The translations under genes and the position numbers were made by a program. A stretch of 64,000 bases of DNA from NCBI GenBank assembly GCA_035250505.1, contig DATFFC010000088.1, forward strand, positions 953-64,952. Reading direction: 5' to 3'. The notes under the pieces were generated by a model, which had not been told where the DNA came from, did no database searches, and saw only the letters and a list, made by a program, of their open reading frames with translations. The stretch's first letter is position 1, and each line of letters opens with the position of its first letter. Below, one piece after another: positions 42,164 to 51,804 of this stretch. This DNA comes from Nitrospiraceae bacterium (GTDB taxonomy: Bacteria; Nitrospirota; Nitrospiria; Nitrospirales; Nitrospiraceae).

Positions 42164-43354
42164 TCAGAACTCCGCCCTATCGCCTGGACCGTGTTTCGTA
42201 TGGGCTCCACTATGTAGAATGTCCTGAATCTCGTTCATCGTCGTGGCCAGTTCGTCGTCGGCGGTGTAAAAGTGGGGTGCGATCCGAATGCCGACGCCGG
42301 GACGAAAATCCACCAGCACACTGCGGCGGGCCAATTCCTGCACCACGCCCGCGGCGTGGGGGACATCAATGACGACCGTACCGCCTCGCTTGTCCTCCGC
42401 TCGAGGCGACTTGATCGGCCATCCGTGTTGGTCGGCTAGTTGGATTAACCGTTTCGTCTGACGCAGCGATTTCGCGCGGATTTTTTCGACGCCGACCGCA
42501 CTTATAATGTCGCAACCGCTTTCGGCTGCATAAAGCGATGGAATGGCAGGCGACCCGTGTAGAAAGCGGTGGATGTCCGGGGCGTATGTAATCCCGCCTG
42601 GTTCGAAATCGAACGGGGACTGATGGGCCATCCAGCCGGTGATCTTCGGTCTCAGTGTCCGATGCAACGCCGGATGTACATAGAGGTAGCCGGCACCCGG
42701 CCCGCCGCATAGCCACTTGACCGATCCGCCCACGGCAAAATCCACATCCACAGCTTTGACATTGAGCGGAACCGTTCCCGCCGACTGATAGACATCCAGA
42801 ACGACCTTCGCACCCACCGAGTGCGCTTTGTGGACCACGGCTTGGACATCTTGAATGTAGGCACTCTTGAAGAGAACGTGTGAAATAGGGACCAGCAACG
42901 TCTCTTCATCGATGGCGTTCAGCAGCCGATCGGTATCGATCGTCACACCGTCGTCGCTCGGCACTTCGACGAGACGGCCGCAGTCTGCCCGCACATGCGC
43001 CTCATACACGTACATCACCGACGGAAAATTGAGCGCCTCGTACACGATCTTATTCCGCTTTCCTCTCAAGTCGAAGCAGGACAAGATCAGCGATTGGCAG
43101 ATCGATACATTCTGATGCATCACTACGCTTCCCGGATCGGCACCAATGATCCGCGCCACCTTATCGCCGGCCGTGACCGGCATCTCCCACCAGCCCTCCG
43201 ACCAGGCTCGGATGCCGCGCGTCGCCCAGACGTCGGCATATTCCCGCAGGCGATCATAGACACCTCTCGGCATGGCTCCCAGGGAATGGCTGATCATGTA
43301 AACGCTTCGCTCAAGAGCGGGGAACTCTTTTCGGTACGCCAGGAGCTCGTCCAT
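42164..43354 (-). CDS. kynU: kynureninase (PLP-dependent)
   Basis: 396 aa with a class-V aminotransferase-like fold. FPALERSVYMISHSLGAMP ... WSEGWW ... FAVGGSVKWLCGGPGAGYLY (PLP-lysine region). It lies adjacent to tryptophan 2,3-dioxygenase. Confidence 0.8.
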   Translation of the reverse strand: MDELLAYRKEFPALERSVYMISHSLGAMPRGVYDRLREYADVWATRGIRAWSEGWWEMPVTAGDKVARIIGADPGSVVMHQNVSICQSLILSCFDLRGKRNKIVYEALNFPSVMYVYEAHVRADCGRLVEVPSDDGVTIDTDRLLNAIDEETLLVPISHVLFKSAYIQDVQAVVHKAHSVGAKVVLDVYQSAGTVPLNVKAVDVDFAVGGSVKWLCGGPGAGYLYVHPALHRTLRPKITGWMAHQSPFDFEPGGITYAPDIHRFLHGSPAIPSLYAAESGCDIISAVGVEKIRAKSLRQTKRLIQLADQHGWPIKSPRAEDKRGGTVVIDVPHAAGVVQELARRSVLVDFRPGVGIRIAPHFYTADDELATTMNEIQDILHSGAHTKHGPGDRAEF

Positions 43355-43357
43355 TCG

Positions 43358-44224
43358 TTACCGCGGCCCTTCGCTCATCAGGGACCGCGCCTCCCACAGC
43401 TCCGGGAAGAATTTCTTATCAAGTGTACTTCTCAAATAGGAGACGCCGCTGGTGCCGCCGGTACCGCCCTTCATCCCGATCGTCCGCTCCACCATCTGAA
43501 TATGTCTCAACCGCCAGGCGACCATAAGTTCGTCGAACTCGGACAGTCGCTCGCACACATCGATCCAATCTCGATGGCTGCTCTCGCTGCGATAGAGGGC
43601 CACGATGGCACGCGCTTTGGCTCGCGAACGCTCGGCCTCGCTCGCACCAGGCATGTGGGGGAGGATCCCCAAGGCGGCAAGCGCGTCGGAGAACACCTCG
43701 CGTAGAGACGGCTCCTTGAGTCGCCGTGTGAGGGCGGCATGCATCTCCGGGCTGGGTTCGTGGAGAGAGAGCAGCGCTTCATCCTTCAGTCCGCATAGAA
43801 ATTCGATTTCGCGAAACTGTTCCGATTGGAACCCGCTGGCGGGTCGAAGGCGCTCTCGAAATGCGAGGAAGTGCGTCGGCAACATGGTTTCCAAAACCGT
43901 AAACTGCTCGACCAACAAGCGTGCGATTTCGGTACAACGCCTCAGCAGACGAGCCGCTTCGTACACCTCCTCTCTGGAAGCGGGAACGCAGGCGGCCGCC
44001 CGCAGATTGGCCGTCACTCCGTCCAGCTCATGCAGCAACAGCTTGAACCAGAGCTCATAAGTCTGATGAATGATGATGAAAAGGAGTTCGTCGTGAGCGG
44101 GAGGTGAAGCCAGCGGCCGCTGTAAGGCCAATAGCTCCGGTATCCGCAGGTAGTCGCCGTATGTGAGCTGCTGATCGGCGGAGTGCTCGCCGTGCATGCA
44201 TCCCTCCAGCGTAGACACCGGCAT
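43358..44224 (-). CDS. kynA: tryptophan 2,3-dioxygenase
   Basis: LTYGDYLRIPELLALQRP ... HDELLFIIIHQTYELWFKLLLHEL ... SGFQSEQFREIEF ... GTGGTSGVSYLRSTL are the conserved TDO motifs. Confidence 0.88.
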   Translation of the reverse strand: MPVSTLEGCMHGEHSADQQLTYGDYLRIPELLALQRPLASPPAHDELLFIIIHQTYELWFKLLLHELDGVTANLRAAACVPASREEVYEAARLLRRCTEIARLLVEQFTVLETMLPTHFLAFRERLRPASGFQSEQFREIEFLCGLKDEALLSLHEPSPEMHAALTRRLKEPSLREVFSDALAALGILPHMPGASEAERSRAKARAIVALYRSESSHRDWIDVCERLSEFDELMVAWRLRHIQMVERTIGMKGGTGGTSGVSYLRSTLDKKFFPELWEARSLMSEGPR

Positions 44225-44286
44225 TTAAACACGGCACGGGGGCATGGTCAACGGAAGGCAGGCCGTGAGAAGCAGGAAGAAGCGTG

Positions 44287-45534
44287 TCAGAACATCGTGG
44301 ACACACAGGTCGACGGACCGACGCCACATGTCGTGACCGGTCCGATGACATCGTGATGCTGCGGATATGTTCCGGCAACGCCTTTGATCGGACGCTCGTT
44401 CAGTCGCACTGAAAGCCGGATAAACTCATGATGCCTAAAGAGCTCAAGTTGGATCACGTCACCGACCTGTACGAATCGTAATGCATCAGCAAAATCCTCC
44501 GGCGTCCGGATCGAACGCCCTTGTAGGCGCGTCAGGATATCTCCTCCAAGATTCCACGGAATATTTTCCACGATGACGTTGAGGGTCCCCGCACGGAGAC
44601 CCGCTTCGGCTGCCGGGCTGGCTTCATCGACATGTTCGACCAGCAAGCCGCCGATCAACGGTAACGCGAACAATCGTTGAAGGTCTTCCGTGACGAATTT
44701 TCCCCCGATTCCCAGCCACGGTCTGGCGATCTTTCCCTTTTCCTTGAATTCTATGAGCACCTGCTTCGCGAGGTTGATCGGGATGGCGAAGCCGATGTTC
44801 TGCGCTCCCAAGACGACAGCCTTCGACATCCCTATGACGTGACCCTGCGAATCGACCAAAGGGCCGCCGCTGTTTCCCGGATTGATGGGCGCCGTGGTTT
44901 GGATGAGGCGCGATGAAATTGCTTCCGGGCGACCCGACGCCGGCTGGAATCCGCTGATAATCCCGTTCGTCAGTGTGAAGCCGAGCCCGAAAGGGCTTCC
45001 GACGACCAACGCTTTTTGTCCCACATGTAGATCTTCTGAATCTCCCAGCGTCGCAGGAGTGAATTCGGTATGGGTTTTCGGTAAGCGAAGAATGGCGATG
45101 TCGGTTGTGGAATCAATCGCCAGGATTTCTGCTGTGACGCGCACGCCGTTGAAGAGAGACGCAATAATGGTGGTGGCTCCTTCGACGACATGCGCATTGG
45201 TCAGGACCGTGCCGTCCTCGTCGATGATGAATCCGGCTCCCATGCCCATCGGTCGAGGTCCCGGATTTTGCCCGTTGGACGGATAAGTCGTCGACAGCGA
45301 GACGGTCGCGGGAGCGAGACGTTCATAGAGCATCACCGTGCGACTCTCTTCGGATTCCCATCGTTCCGCAGGTCCTTCCGCGATGGCAACCGGGTGGAGA
45401 AGCAGACCGGTTATCAGCCAGGCCGAGAACATGACGCATCCAAATTGTCCGATGACAATGGGCCGTTTCATCATCCTGATTCCTTTGAGTCCATCGCGTC
45501 TGATTCGTTCCGACTGCATCCTGCGTGTCGTCAT
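44287..45534 (-). CDS. HtrA/DegP-family serine protease with PDZ domain
   Basis: The catalytic triad context is present (TNAHVV; DIAILRL; GNSGGPLV), followed by a C-terminal PDZ domain. The signal peptide begins at MMKRPIV, so the true start is probably near 45474. Confidence 0.88.
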   Translation of the reverse strand: MTTRRMQSERIRRDGLKGIRMMKRPIVIGQFGCVMFSAWLITGLLLHPVAIAEGPAERWESEESRTVMLYERLAPATVSLSTTYPSNGQNPGPRPMGMGAGFIIDEDGTVLTNAHVVEGATTIIASLFNGVRVTAEILAIDSTTDIAILRLPKTHTEFTPATLGDSEDLHVGQKALVVGSPFGLGFTLTNGIISGFQPASGRPEAISSRLIQTTAPINPGNSGGPLVDSQGHVIGMSKAVVLGAQNIGFAIPINLAKQVLIEFKEKGKIARPWLGIGGKFVTEDLQRLFALPLIGGLLVEHVDEASPAAEAGLRAGTLNVIVENIPWNLGGDILTRLQGRSIRTPEDFADALRFVQVGDVIQLELFRHHEFIRLSVRLNERPIKGVAGTYPQHHDVIGPVTTCGVGPSTCVSTMF

Positions 45535-45935
45535 GGTCGAAAGGTCGGGCAGTAATGGGCGCTGCCTATGCGAGTCCGGTTGGTTTTAAGTAGGAATGAG
45601 CAATAGGGATGCCTGCATCTCACAGAAGAATTTCAATGCGTTCGATGCGACATCTCATTATTAGACCGGACACGAGCGAATGCGCACGAGTCGCCTGTGC
45701 GGATGCGAACTCTTTCTTCTTCCTTTGTCGGCTCCGCCTCATCCCGGGTGCAACAGTGAGTCCGAAACTGAACGCACAACGGTCCTCAGAACCTCCGGAT
45801 CGTTCCAACGGCATACGGATGAATGGGTGCGAAAGAGGGGGTCTCCGGCGGGGCCATCACCGCAGCGTTTGCTACACTAGTCGTACCGGCAAAATGGTCA
45901 AAGTCGATACGTTCAATCGATAAAGGAACAGCATA

Positions 45936-46376
45936 GTGAGATCTTCAAATCATCAACGCTCAGCGGTTCCCCTCTGTCCCAGCTGTACCCCTCAAGCCCC
46001 CATGATGTCTTCTGCACATGAGGTGCCAAACGCCGATTCACACGACCTGCTGAGATGGCGCTGCTCTCAGTGCGCTCATACGGGCCTGACCGCGAAGCAA
46101 GGGATTCATCTCGTATTTCGAGGTGGGATGGAATATGTCTTTGCTTACGGCTCGTCCCGCGGCATGTTGACCGTCGTGCTCTCAACCGAGGCTATCGCTC
46201 TCTTCAAGAGCCACGATATTGGCGCCGATGAATTGGTCAGGAAAGCAGCCGAATGGGCGCTCCTGCGGGGCCGTGCGAGCGGCACAGTGACGCTCGGCTT
46301 ACATCATGAGGAGTTGGCTGCCTTTTACTGGTACTTCTATCAAACTCAGTCGGTCGACCGGCAACCGGTCTCATGA
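45936..46376 (+). CDS. hypothetical protein with CxxC...CxxC motif
   Basis: 146-aa ORF (CPSC ... CSQC). I recognised no family, and the coding status is uncertain. Confidence 0.3.
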   Translation: MRSSNHQRSAVPLCPSCTPQAPMMSSAHEVPNADSHDLLRWRCSQCAHTGLTAKQGIHLVFRGGMEYVFAYGSSRGMLTVVLSTEAIALFKSHDIGADELVRKAAEWALLRGRASGTVTLGLHHEELAAFYWYFYQTQSVDRQPVS

Positions 46377-46578
46377 ACGGGTCGTCCATCCCGTGGACGG
46401 CCGTATGGGCCGCGATCCTCCTCCAGAGAACCACCAACCATCCCGACCTTCGCTGAAACAGATGCTCCCCCGATGGAATTAACCTATTCAGGGACTGCTG
46501 ACGCACCGATTCATTGGTTATCATCCGCCAGCGCATACCTGGACTACAAAGCTCGACGGTTCGAGAGAGGGAGAAACC

Positions 46579-46947
46579 ATGAAACCTCGGTATAGCCAAC
46601 GAGTCTCGGTCGCCTGTTCGGTGATTTTTTCCGGGGATTGCGGTGTAGGTGAAGGCCGCATGCTGGATGTGTCCCTGCCCGGCTGCCTGCTCCAAAGCGC
46701 CGCGACCTTGAAGGCGGGCGACTATGTTCAACTGCGGGTATTTCTTCCCGATCTACAAAGCCCGCTCCATGTGCCTTTGGCCGCCGTGCGCTGGGTGGAA
46801 GGGAATCGGGTCGGATTGGAGTTTATTCGCACGTCGCATGAAGAGCAGACCAGGCTGGAACAGTTTGTCAGGCAAAAGTCCCGGTGCGCCGGAAAGCGAG
46901 CCGCATGGACCGAAGGCATCGTCGTGGTCGGAGCCAGTGGAGACTGA
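46579..46947 (+). CDS. PilZ-domain c-di-GMP receptor
   Basis: Both canonical motifs are present: RYSQR (RxxxR) and DVSLPG (D/NxSxxG). 122 aa. GAGGGAGAAACC lies upstream of the ATG. Confidence 0.8.
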   Translation: MKPRYSQRVSVACSVIFSGDCGVGEGRMLDVSLPGCLLQSAATLKAGDYVQLRVFLPDLQSPLHVPLAAVRWVEGNRVGLEFIRTSHEEQTRLEQFVRQKSRCAGKRAAWTEGIVVVGASGD

Positions 46948-46958
46948 CCGGCGAGCGA

Positions 46959-48371
46959 TCACACTTCCTTCAAGTCCGTTTCCGTCAATTCCTCTCCGAT
47001 ATCCGGCTCAGGCCTGCCTCTTGTTGAGGACGGATGCAGTCCATACTTCTTCAGCATTTTGTAGAAGTCTGCGCGATACCGCCCGGCGAATTGCGCCGCC
47101 CGTGAAATATTCCCGCCCGTCATTTGGAGTACATTGCGGAGATATGTTCGCTCGAATTCTTCTTTCGCTTCGGTCAACGGCTTCATGGCCATATCCGGCG
47201 CCACGCCGATAGACGGCAGCAAATCCGGCGAAATCATATCCTGCCGCGACATGACGACGGCCTTCTCGATCGCATTCTCCAACTCCCTCACATTGCCGGG
47301 CCACGGATACACCATCAGCCGATGCATGGCCGCTGCCGTAAAGCCGCGGACGTCCTTGTTGGCTCGCTTCGCGCATTGCTTGAGAAAATGCTGACCCAGC
47401 AAGGGAATATCGTCCTTGCGTTCACGCAGCGGCGGGATCGTCAGCGGCACGACGGAGATGCGATAGTACAAATCATGCCGGAACGTGCCGGCTTTGACCG
47501 CTTCGGACAAGTCCTTATTCGTGGCCGCTATAATCCGCACATCAACCTTGGTCACATAATCGGCGCCGACCTCGCGGATTTCCCGTTCCTGCACGGCCCG
47601 CAGAAGTTTCACCTGCATCGAGAGCGGCATCTCGCCGATCTCATCCAAAAACAACGTGCCGCCGCTCGCACTTTGGAAAAAGCCCCGTTTGGAGGCGACC
47701 GCACTGGTGAAGGCGCCGCGCACATGGCCGAACAATTCGCTTTCAAACAAGGCTTCCGGTATCGCCGCACAGTTCAGCGCCACAAACGGATTCTTGGCTC
47801 GGCGGCTGTTCGTATGGATGACCCGGGCCAGGACCTCTTTCCCCGTACCGGTTTCTCCGCAAAGGAGAATCGTCGCATCGGAATCCGCCACTTGGGCGAT
47901 CTTCTGAAACAACCGCTGCATCGCCGAACTGCGAGCGATGACGTTCTCAAGCCCGTAAAGTTCCTTCACGAGGGACTTCAGCCGCTGAATTTCACGACTC
48001 ATTCGCTGTTGCGCCAAGCCCTTATCAATCGTCGCTTTCAATTCCCGATCATCAAACGGCTTGGTGAGATATCCGAATGCACCCCGCTGCATGGCTTCGA
48101 CGGCATTGGGGATGCTGCCATGAGCGGTCAGAATGATCACCGGAAGTCCCGGTTGATTGCGCAACAATTCCTCCGTGAGGTTCAATCCATCTTCGCCGCG
48201 CAGCCGAAGATCGGTAATGGCGACATCAAACACTTCGCGTTTGGCCGCGTCGAGCGCATCCTGCCCTGTTGTACAAGGTGTGACGACGAACCCCATGGCG
48301 GACAACCGCATTCTGAGGAGGTGCAGCAGCCCTTCGTCATCGTCAACAACGAGAATACGTTCTTGCTCCAT
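46959..48371 (-). CDS. sigma-54-dependent response regulator (NtrC family)
   Basis: It combines REC (ILVVDDDEG, VAITDLRLRGEDG, TKPF), an AAA+ domain with GETGTGKE and the variant loop GHVRGAFTSA, and a C-terminal HTH. Confidence 0.88.
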   Translation of the reverse strand: MEQERILVVDDDEGLLHLLRMRLSAMGFVVTPCTTGQDALDAAKREVFDVAITDLRLRGEDGLNLTEELLRNQPGLPVIILTAHGSIPNAVEAMQRGAFGYLTKPFDDRELKATIDKGLAQQRMSREIQRLKSLVKELYGLENVIARSSAMQRLFQKIAQVADSDATILLCGETGTGKEVLARVIHTNSRRAKNPFVALNCAAIPEALFESELFGHVRGAFTSAVASKRGFFQSASGGTLFLDEIGEMPLSMQVKLLRAVQEREIREVGADYVTKVDVRIIAATNKDLSEAVKAGTFRHDLYYRISVVPLTIPPLRERKDDIPLLGQHFLKQCAKRANKDVRGFTAAAMHRLMVYPWPGNVRELENAIEKAVVMSRQDMISPDLLPSIGVAPDMAMKPLTEAKEEFERTYLRNVLQMTGGNISRAAQFAGRYRADFYKMLKKYGLHPSSTRGRPEPDIGEELTETDLKEV

Positions 48372-48378
48372 AATCCTC

Positions 48379-49158
48379 CTAGGGCTTGGTGGAGTCGGGG
48401 GCCGGTGACGGCGCGATATTGGACGGCGGCCGGATCGGACGAATCCGTTCCCGCATTTCCTGATCGATCCGTTTCAGCGCCTCAAGCTGGCTGGTCAACT
48501 CTTCGATCTTGCGATCACGATCGATCAACTGACGCTGCAGCGATTGAAGCGTGCCGGTGTCCGTGGTCACTTTGGCCGTATCCCGCTTGGAACTCAGGGC
48601 TTCCACCTTCTTTTCTTGTTCCTGCAGTTCACGGTGCAGGCTTTCAACCGACTGCGAGTCGGCTTCCTGCATCGAACGGAGTTGCTGAATGACCAATTCC
48701 CGATCCAGGAGATCGCGCACCGTCCGCTCGGCCGCCTGGTTAAGAACACGATTCGTTCGCGCGACGGCGGGACCGTCGGCGACGGCCTGGACCCACGATC
48801 GATGAAGCGCCTGATTGCCGCCTTGCAGCACTTGAATCCATAGCTTACTGGAAGCCGCCAATTGGCTCTTTGGAGCCGTAGCAATCACTTTTTCGAAATA
48901 CCGAAGAGCCGTGTCCTGGTTTTCATAGAGCGCCGCCAGCGCGCGGGTAAAGAACACATGATCACAGCTGCTCTTTGCTCCGCACTTGGAGATCAGCGCC
49001 TCCTGCCTCTTCACCAAGCTCTGCAGCATTTTGCCATCGGCGGCATCCGGCGTGAAATAGGGCCCATTGGCCGGAGCCGGAACGGTGCTGCATCCCCATT
49101 GCCATGCAAAGAGCAACACAAGGAGAGCGCCGGATTGCTGTCTGCGCGAGGGCGTCAT
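48379..49158 (-). CDS. coiled-coil lipoprotein of unknown function
   Basis: It has a lipobox (FAWQWGCS). The C-terminal half is a heptad-rich coiled coil (LHRELQEQEKKVEALSSKRD ... LTSQLEALKRIDQEMRE). It is embedded between the kinase and regulator genes with an ATGA-type overlap. Confidence 0.6.
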   Translation of the reverse strand: MTPSRRQQSGALLVLLFAWQWGCSTVPAPANGPYFTPDAADGKMLQSLVKRQEALISKCGAKSSCDHVFFTRALAALYENQDTALRYFEKVIATAPKSQLAASSKLWIQVLQGGNQALHRSWVQAVADGPAVARTNRVLNQAAERTVRDLLDRELVIQQLRSMQEADSQSVESLHRELQEQEKKVEALSSKRDTAKVTTDTGTLQSLQRQLIDRDRKIEELTSQLEALKRIDQEMRERIRPIRPPSNIAPSPAPDSTKP

Positions 49159-50624
49159 GCTGCTCCCGGCCTGGTCAACAAGAGAAAAAAGCGCACTGTC
49201 GTCCCCTTACCGACTTCACTCTCCACCCAGATCTTCCCGCCGTGCGCCTCGACCACCCGCTTCGCCAGAGCCAGCCCCAATCCGCTGCCCATGGTCGCCC
49301 GCCTAGCCTTGGCCCGGCCCTGATAAAATCGATCGAAGATGTGTGGAAGCTCTTCCGGTGGAATACCGGGTCCCGCATCCGAAACCGACACCAACAGCAC
49401 GCCTCCTTGGCCATCGGGCGTCATGGTCAATTTCACCACGGTGCCTTCCCTGCTGAATTTCAACCCATTGGACAGCACGTTGTCGAGCACCTGCTCGATA
49501 CGGCCGCTGTCTGCCTTGACCCAGTGACGTTCGGCAGGCGCCTCGACGAGCAACTGGACATGCTTGGCGTCGGCCAGCAGCCGAATCTTGTTGATCGACA
49601 GCTCGGCGATCTTTGTCAGATCCGTCGGTGCAAAGCGGTACTCCATCATCCCTGCTTCCATCTTCGACAGATCCAAAATGGTCGAGATCAAATGCATCAG
49701 ACGGCGGCTGCTGTCCGCCATGATCCGCAACGTCGTCCGTTGATCCTGTGTCAGGGGACCCGGAATCTCGTCGAGCAGCAGATGGGTGCCTTCCTGGATC
49801 GAGGCCATCGGGGTTCGCAGTTCATGCGACACATGCGCGAGAAACTCGCTCTTGATGTCGTCCAGTTGCTGGAGCTGCTTCCCCATCCAATTCACGGTTT
49901 CGCCGAGCTCGCGCAGCTCGCTCGGCGCGCGAATCTGCAATGAAGATGAAAAATGCCCTTGTCCGATCTCTTTAATGCGCGCCTGAAGCCGACGTAGAGG
50001 CCGCAGGATATTGTAGCTCGCGACTGCGGCCAACCCCAATCCAAACAGCAACGCGACCAGCACGAGTTGTTCCGTCACGGCTTCGGCCTCGCTGGAAGTC
50101 GCGCGGGCGGCGTTGAGTCCGATACCGATCTGCGCCTCGTGAAGCCCGATGTAACTCTGCAAGGTCGATGAGAGGCGATCGGCGATGGCTTCCATCCTTA
50201 CGTCATAGGAGGCTCCCGAATCCGGGGAGTCCGATACCATAGGTGAGAGCTGGGCATGAAACAGGGCGATCTGTTGCTGCTGCAGACGCTCCACTTCCTT
50301 CAACAATTGTTGTCCATGGAGAGACGCTTCCTTCCCGTATTGCTGGGCAAGCGCGTGCTGAAACTCTTTCGTCTCCTGATGAAAGTGTTCGAGAAAGGTG
50401 GCGGCGTGGACGGCCAGATATTTCTTCTGGCTTTGCATTTGATCGTAAAAGGAGGCAAGCAGTCGCTTGGCCGTTTCAATCTCGGGATAGTGACGGGACT
50501 CCATCTCGGCGCTCAGGTCGGAGAGCTGACGGATCTGGAGTAAGGCGTACACGTTGACCCCCGCCATGACGAGGATGATGATCAAATAGGTGAGAACCAG
50601 TCGCCAGAAGATGGACAGACGCAC
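49155..50624 (-). CDS. membrane sensor histidine kinase (two TM helices, periplasmic domain, HAMP, HisKA, HATPase)
   Basis: H-box FLAHVSHELRTPMASI. N/G boxes VLDNVLSNGLKFS, DAGPGIP, GSGLGLALA. HAMP after the second TM helix. Confidence 0.88.
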   Translation of the reverse strand: MRLSIFWRLVLTYLIIILVMAGVNVYALLQIRQLSDLSAEMESRHYPEIETAKRLLASFYDQMQSQKKYLAVHAATFLEHFHQETKEFQHALAQQYGKEASLHGQQLLKEVERLQQQQIALFHAQLSPMVSDSPDSGASYDVRMEAIADRLSSTLQSYIGLHEAQIGIGLNAARATSSEAEAVTEQLVLVALLFGLGLAAVASYNILRPLRRLQARIKEIGQGHFSSSLQIRAPSELRELGETVNWMGKQLQQLDDIKSEFLAHVSHELRTPMASIQEGTHLLLDEIPGPLTQDQRTTLRIMADSSRRLMHLISTILDLSKMEAGMMEYRFAPTDLTKIAELSINKIRLLADAKHVQLLVEAPAERHWVKADSGRIEQVLDNVLSNGLKFSREGTVVKLTMTPDGQGGVLLVSVSDAGPGIPPEELPHIFDRFYQGRAKARRATMGSGLGLALAKRVVEAHGGKIWVESEVGKGTTVRFFLLLTRPGAA

Positions 50625-50793
50625 GGGACGGACCCCGACAAGTCGGATGATCGATGGCGTTCGAGTCGAACTGCGGTGTATGTAAATCCATACAACAAAT
50701 CCATCGGCGGCTCAATAAGTTCCGCCTTTCCTGCACGGGGTGGGCCGCCGAGTCGGCCGCCCGGGTTCGCTGCAGTCAGCCGTTGTACCCGCG

Positions 50794-51594
50794 TCATTTC
50801 GACGCGAATTCCCGCTGACGGCGAGACGAGCCACGAAGCGCCGCGAACAAATGTCCCCGAAAGAGCAGCATCGCGACCGCTAGCGGCGGTGTGAAAAGCA
50901 CCGCCGCGACACCCGCGACTTCCCCTGCCACACCGAGGTTATTGAGCCAGACGGAGAGGATCGTGAACGGCAGGATCAGCAGTTGAAAAAAATCCAGGCC
51001 GGCGCCGCGGCCGACCCGGTTCGATAAGGAAACGAAGAGAGAGAATCCCAACGGCATCAAGACGAGGGCCAACGGAAGGAACCATTCAATCCAGTTCTCC
51101 AGAACAAAATCATAACTGCTTTTCAACACATCGAGCGGAGAATCATGGCGGACCTGGTAGATGACTTCGGGAGCGGGATTCAACAGAATGAAGAGCAACA
51201 GCAAAATCGCGGCGACCAACATGCGGCTATCGGGGTTGGACTGTAAGCTCATGTCCAACAGCATCGTGGGAATCCACAAGACGAACCCGACGCTGATGAC
51301 GTCCCAGAAATAGTGGCCGAAACTCTCCATGACATCGCGCACACCCAAGGACCGCGCCCCCATGACGGCCTGCTCGATCAAGCTCAAGACCGCGCCGATC
51401 AGCAGGGCGTTGGCCGCGCCGAGGAGGAAACCTCCCGCGATGCCGAGGGGCCGCGCTAGCGAGGCGACCAGGGAGAAGGCCAGCGCAAACACAATCATGG
51501 CCACGATGATGATCCAGCCGCGGGCCAACGAGCGAACCGTCGCTCGACCGGCGTCCCGATACAACCGAAGTGTGGAAGACACGAGCGGTACCAT
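50794..51594 (-). CDS. polytopic membrane protein, unknown function
   Basis: About 6 hydrophobic helices, and no family recognised. The ORF stays open up to 51741. I chose the start at MVPLVSS (51594) because the preceding residues look non-coding. Confidence 0.5.
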   Translation of the reverse strand: MVPLVSSTLRLYRDAGRATVRSLARGWIIIVAMIVFALAFSLVASLARPLGIAGGFLLGAANALLIGAVLSLIEQAVMGARSLGVRDVMESFGHYFWDVISVGFVLWIPTMLLDMSLQSNPDSRMLVAAILLLLFILLNPAPEVIYQVRHDSPLDVLKSSYDFVLENWIEWFLPLALVLMPLGFSLFVSLSNRVGRGAGLDFFQLLILPFTILSVWLNNLGVAGEVAGVAAVLFTPPLAVAMLLFRGHLFAALRGSSRRQREFASK

Positions 51595-51804
51595 AAACAC
51601 GGTCGGCTTCGGCCTCACCGGACAAGACTGAAGCAGCCTCCTGATGAGACAGTGAATGATTTCGGGACAATAGTCTGGAGCGGAGGTCGCAGTCAACCGC
51701 ACAGACAGTGCGCGAGTCGACCGCGTTCTCGTCTCGCACATTGACTTAGTCCGCTGGAATGATTATTCCGTGAGAGGGAGAATGAACGAAAGAGGAGAGC
51801 CGAC

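Noticed and set aside
51741-51769. Possible sigma-70 promoter for clpB (TTGACT-17 nt-TATTCC), and a search for heat-shock elements (CIRCE, sigma-32).
   Set aside because: The -10 element matches only 3 of 6 positions. No CIRCE inverted repeat (TTAGCACTC-N9-GAGTGCTAA) or clear sigma-32 consensus was seen. The evidence is too weak to report as a feature.
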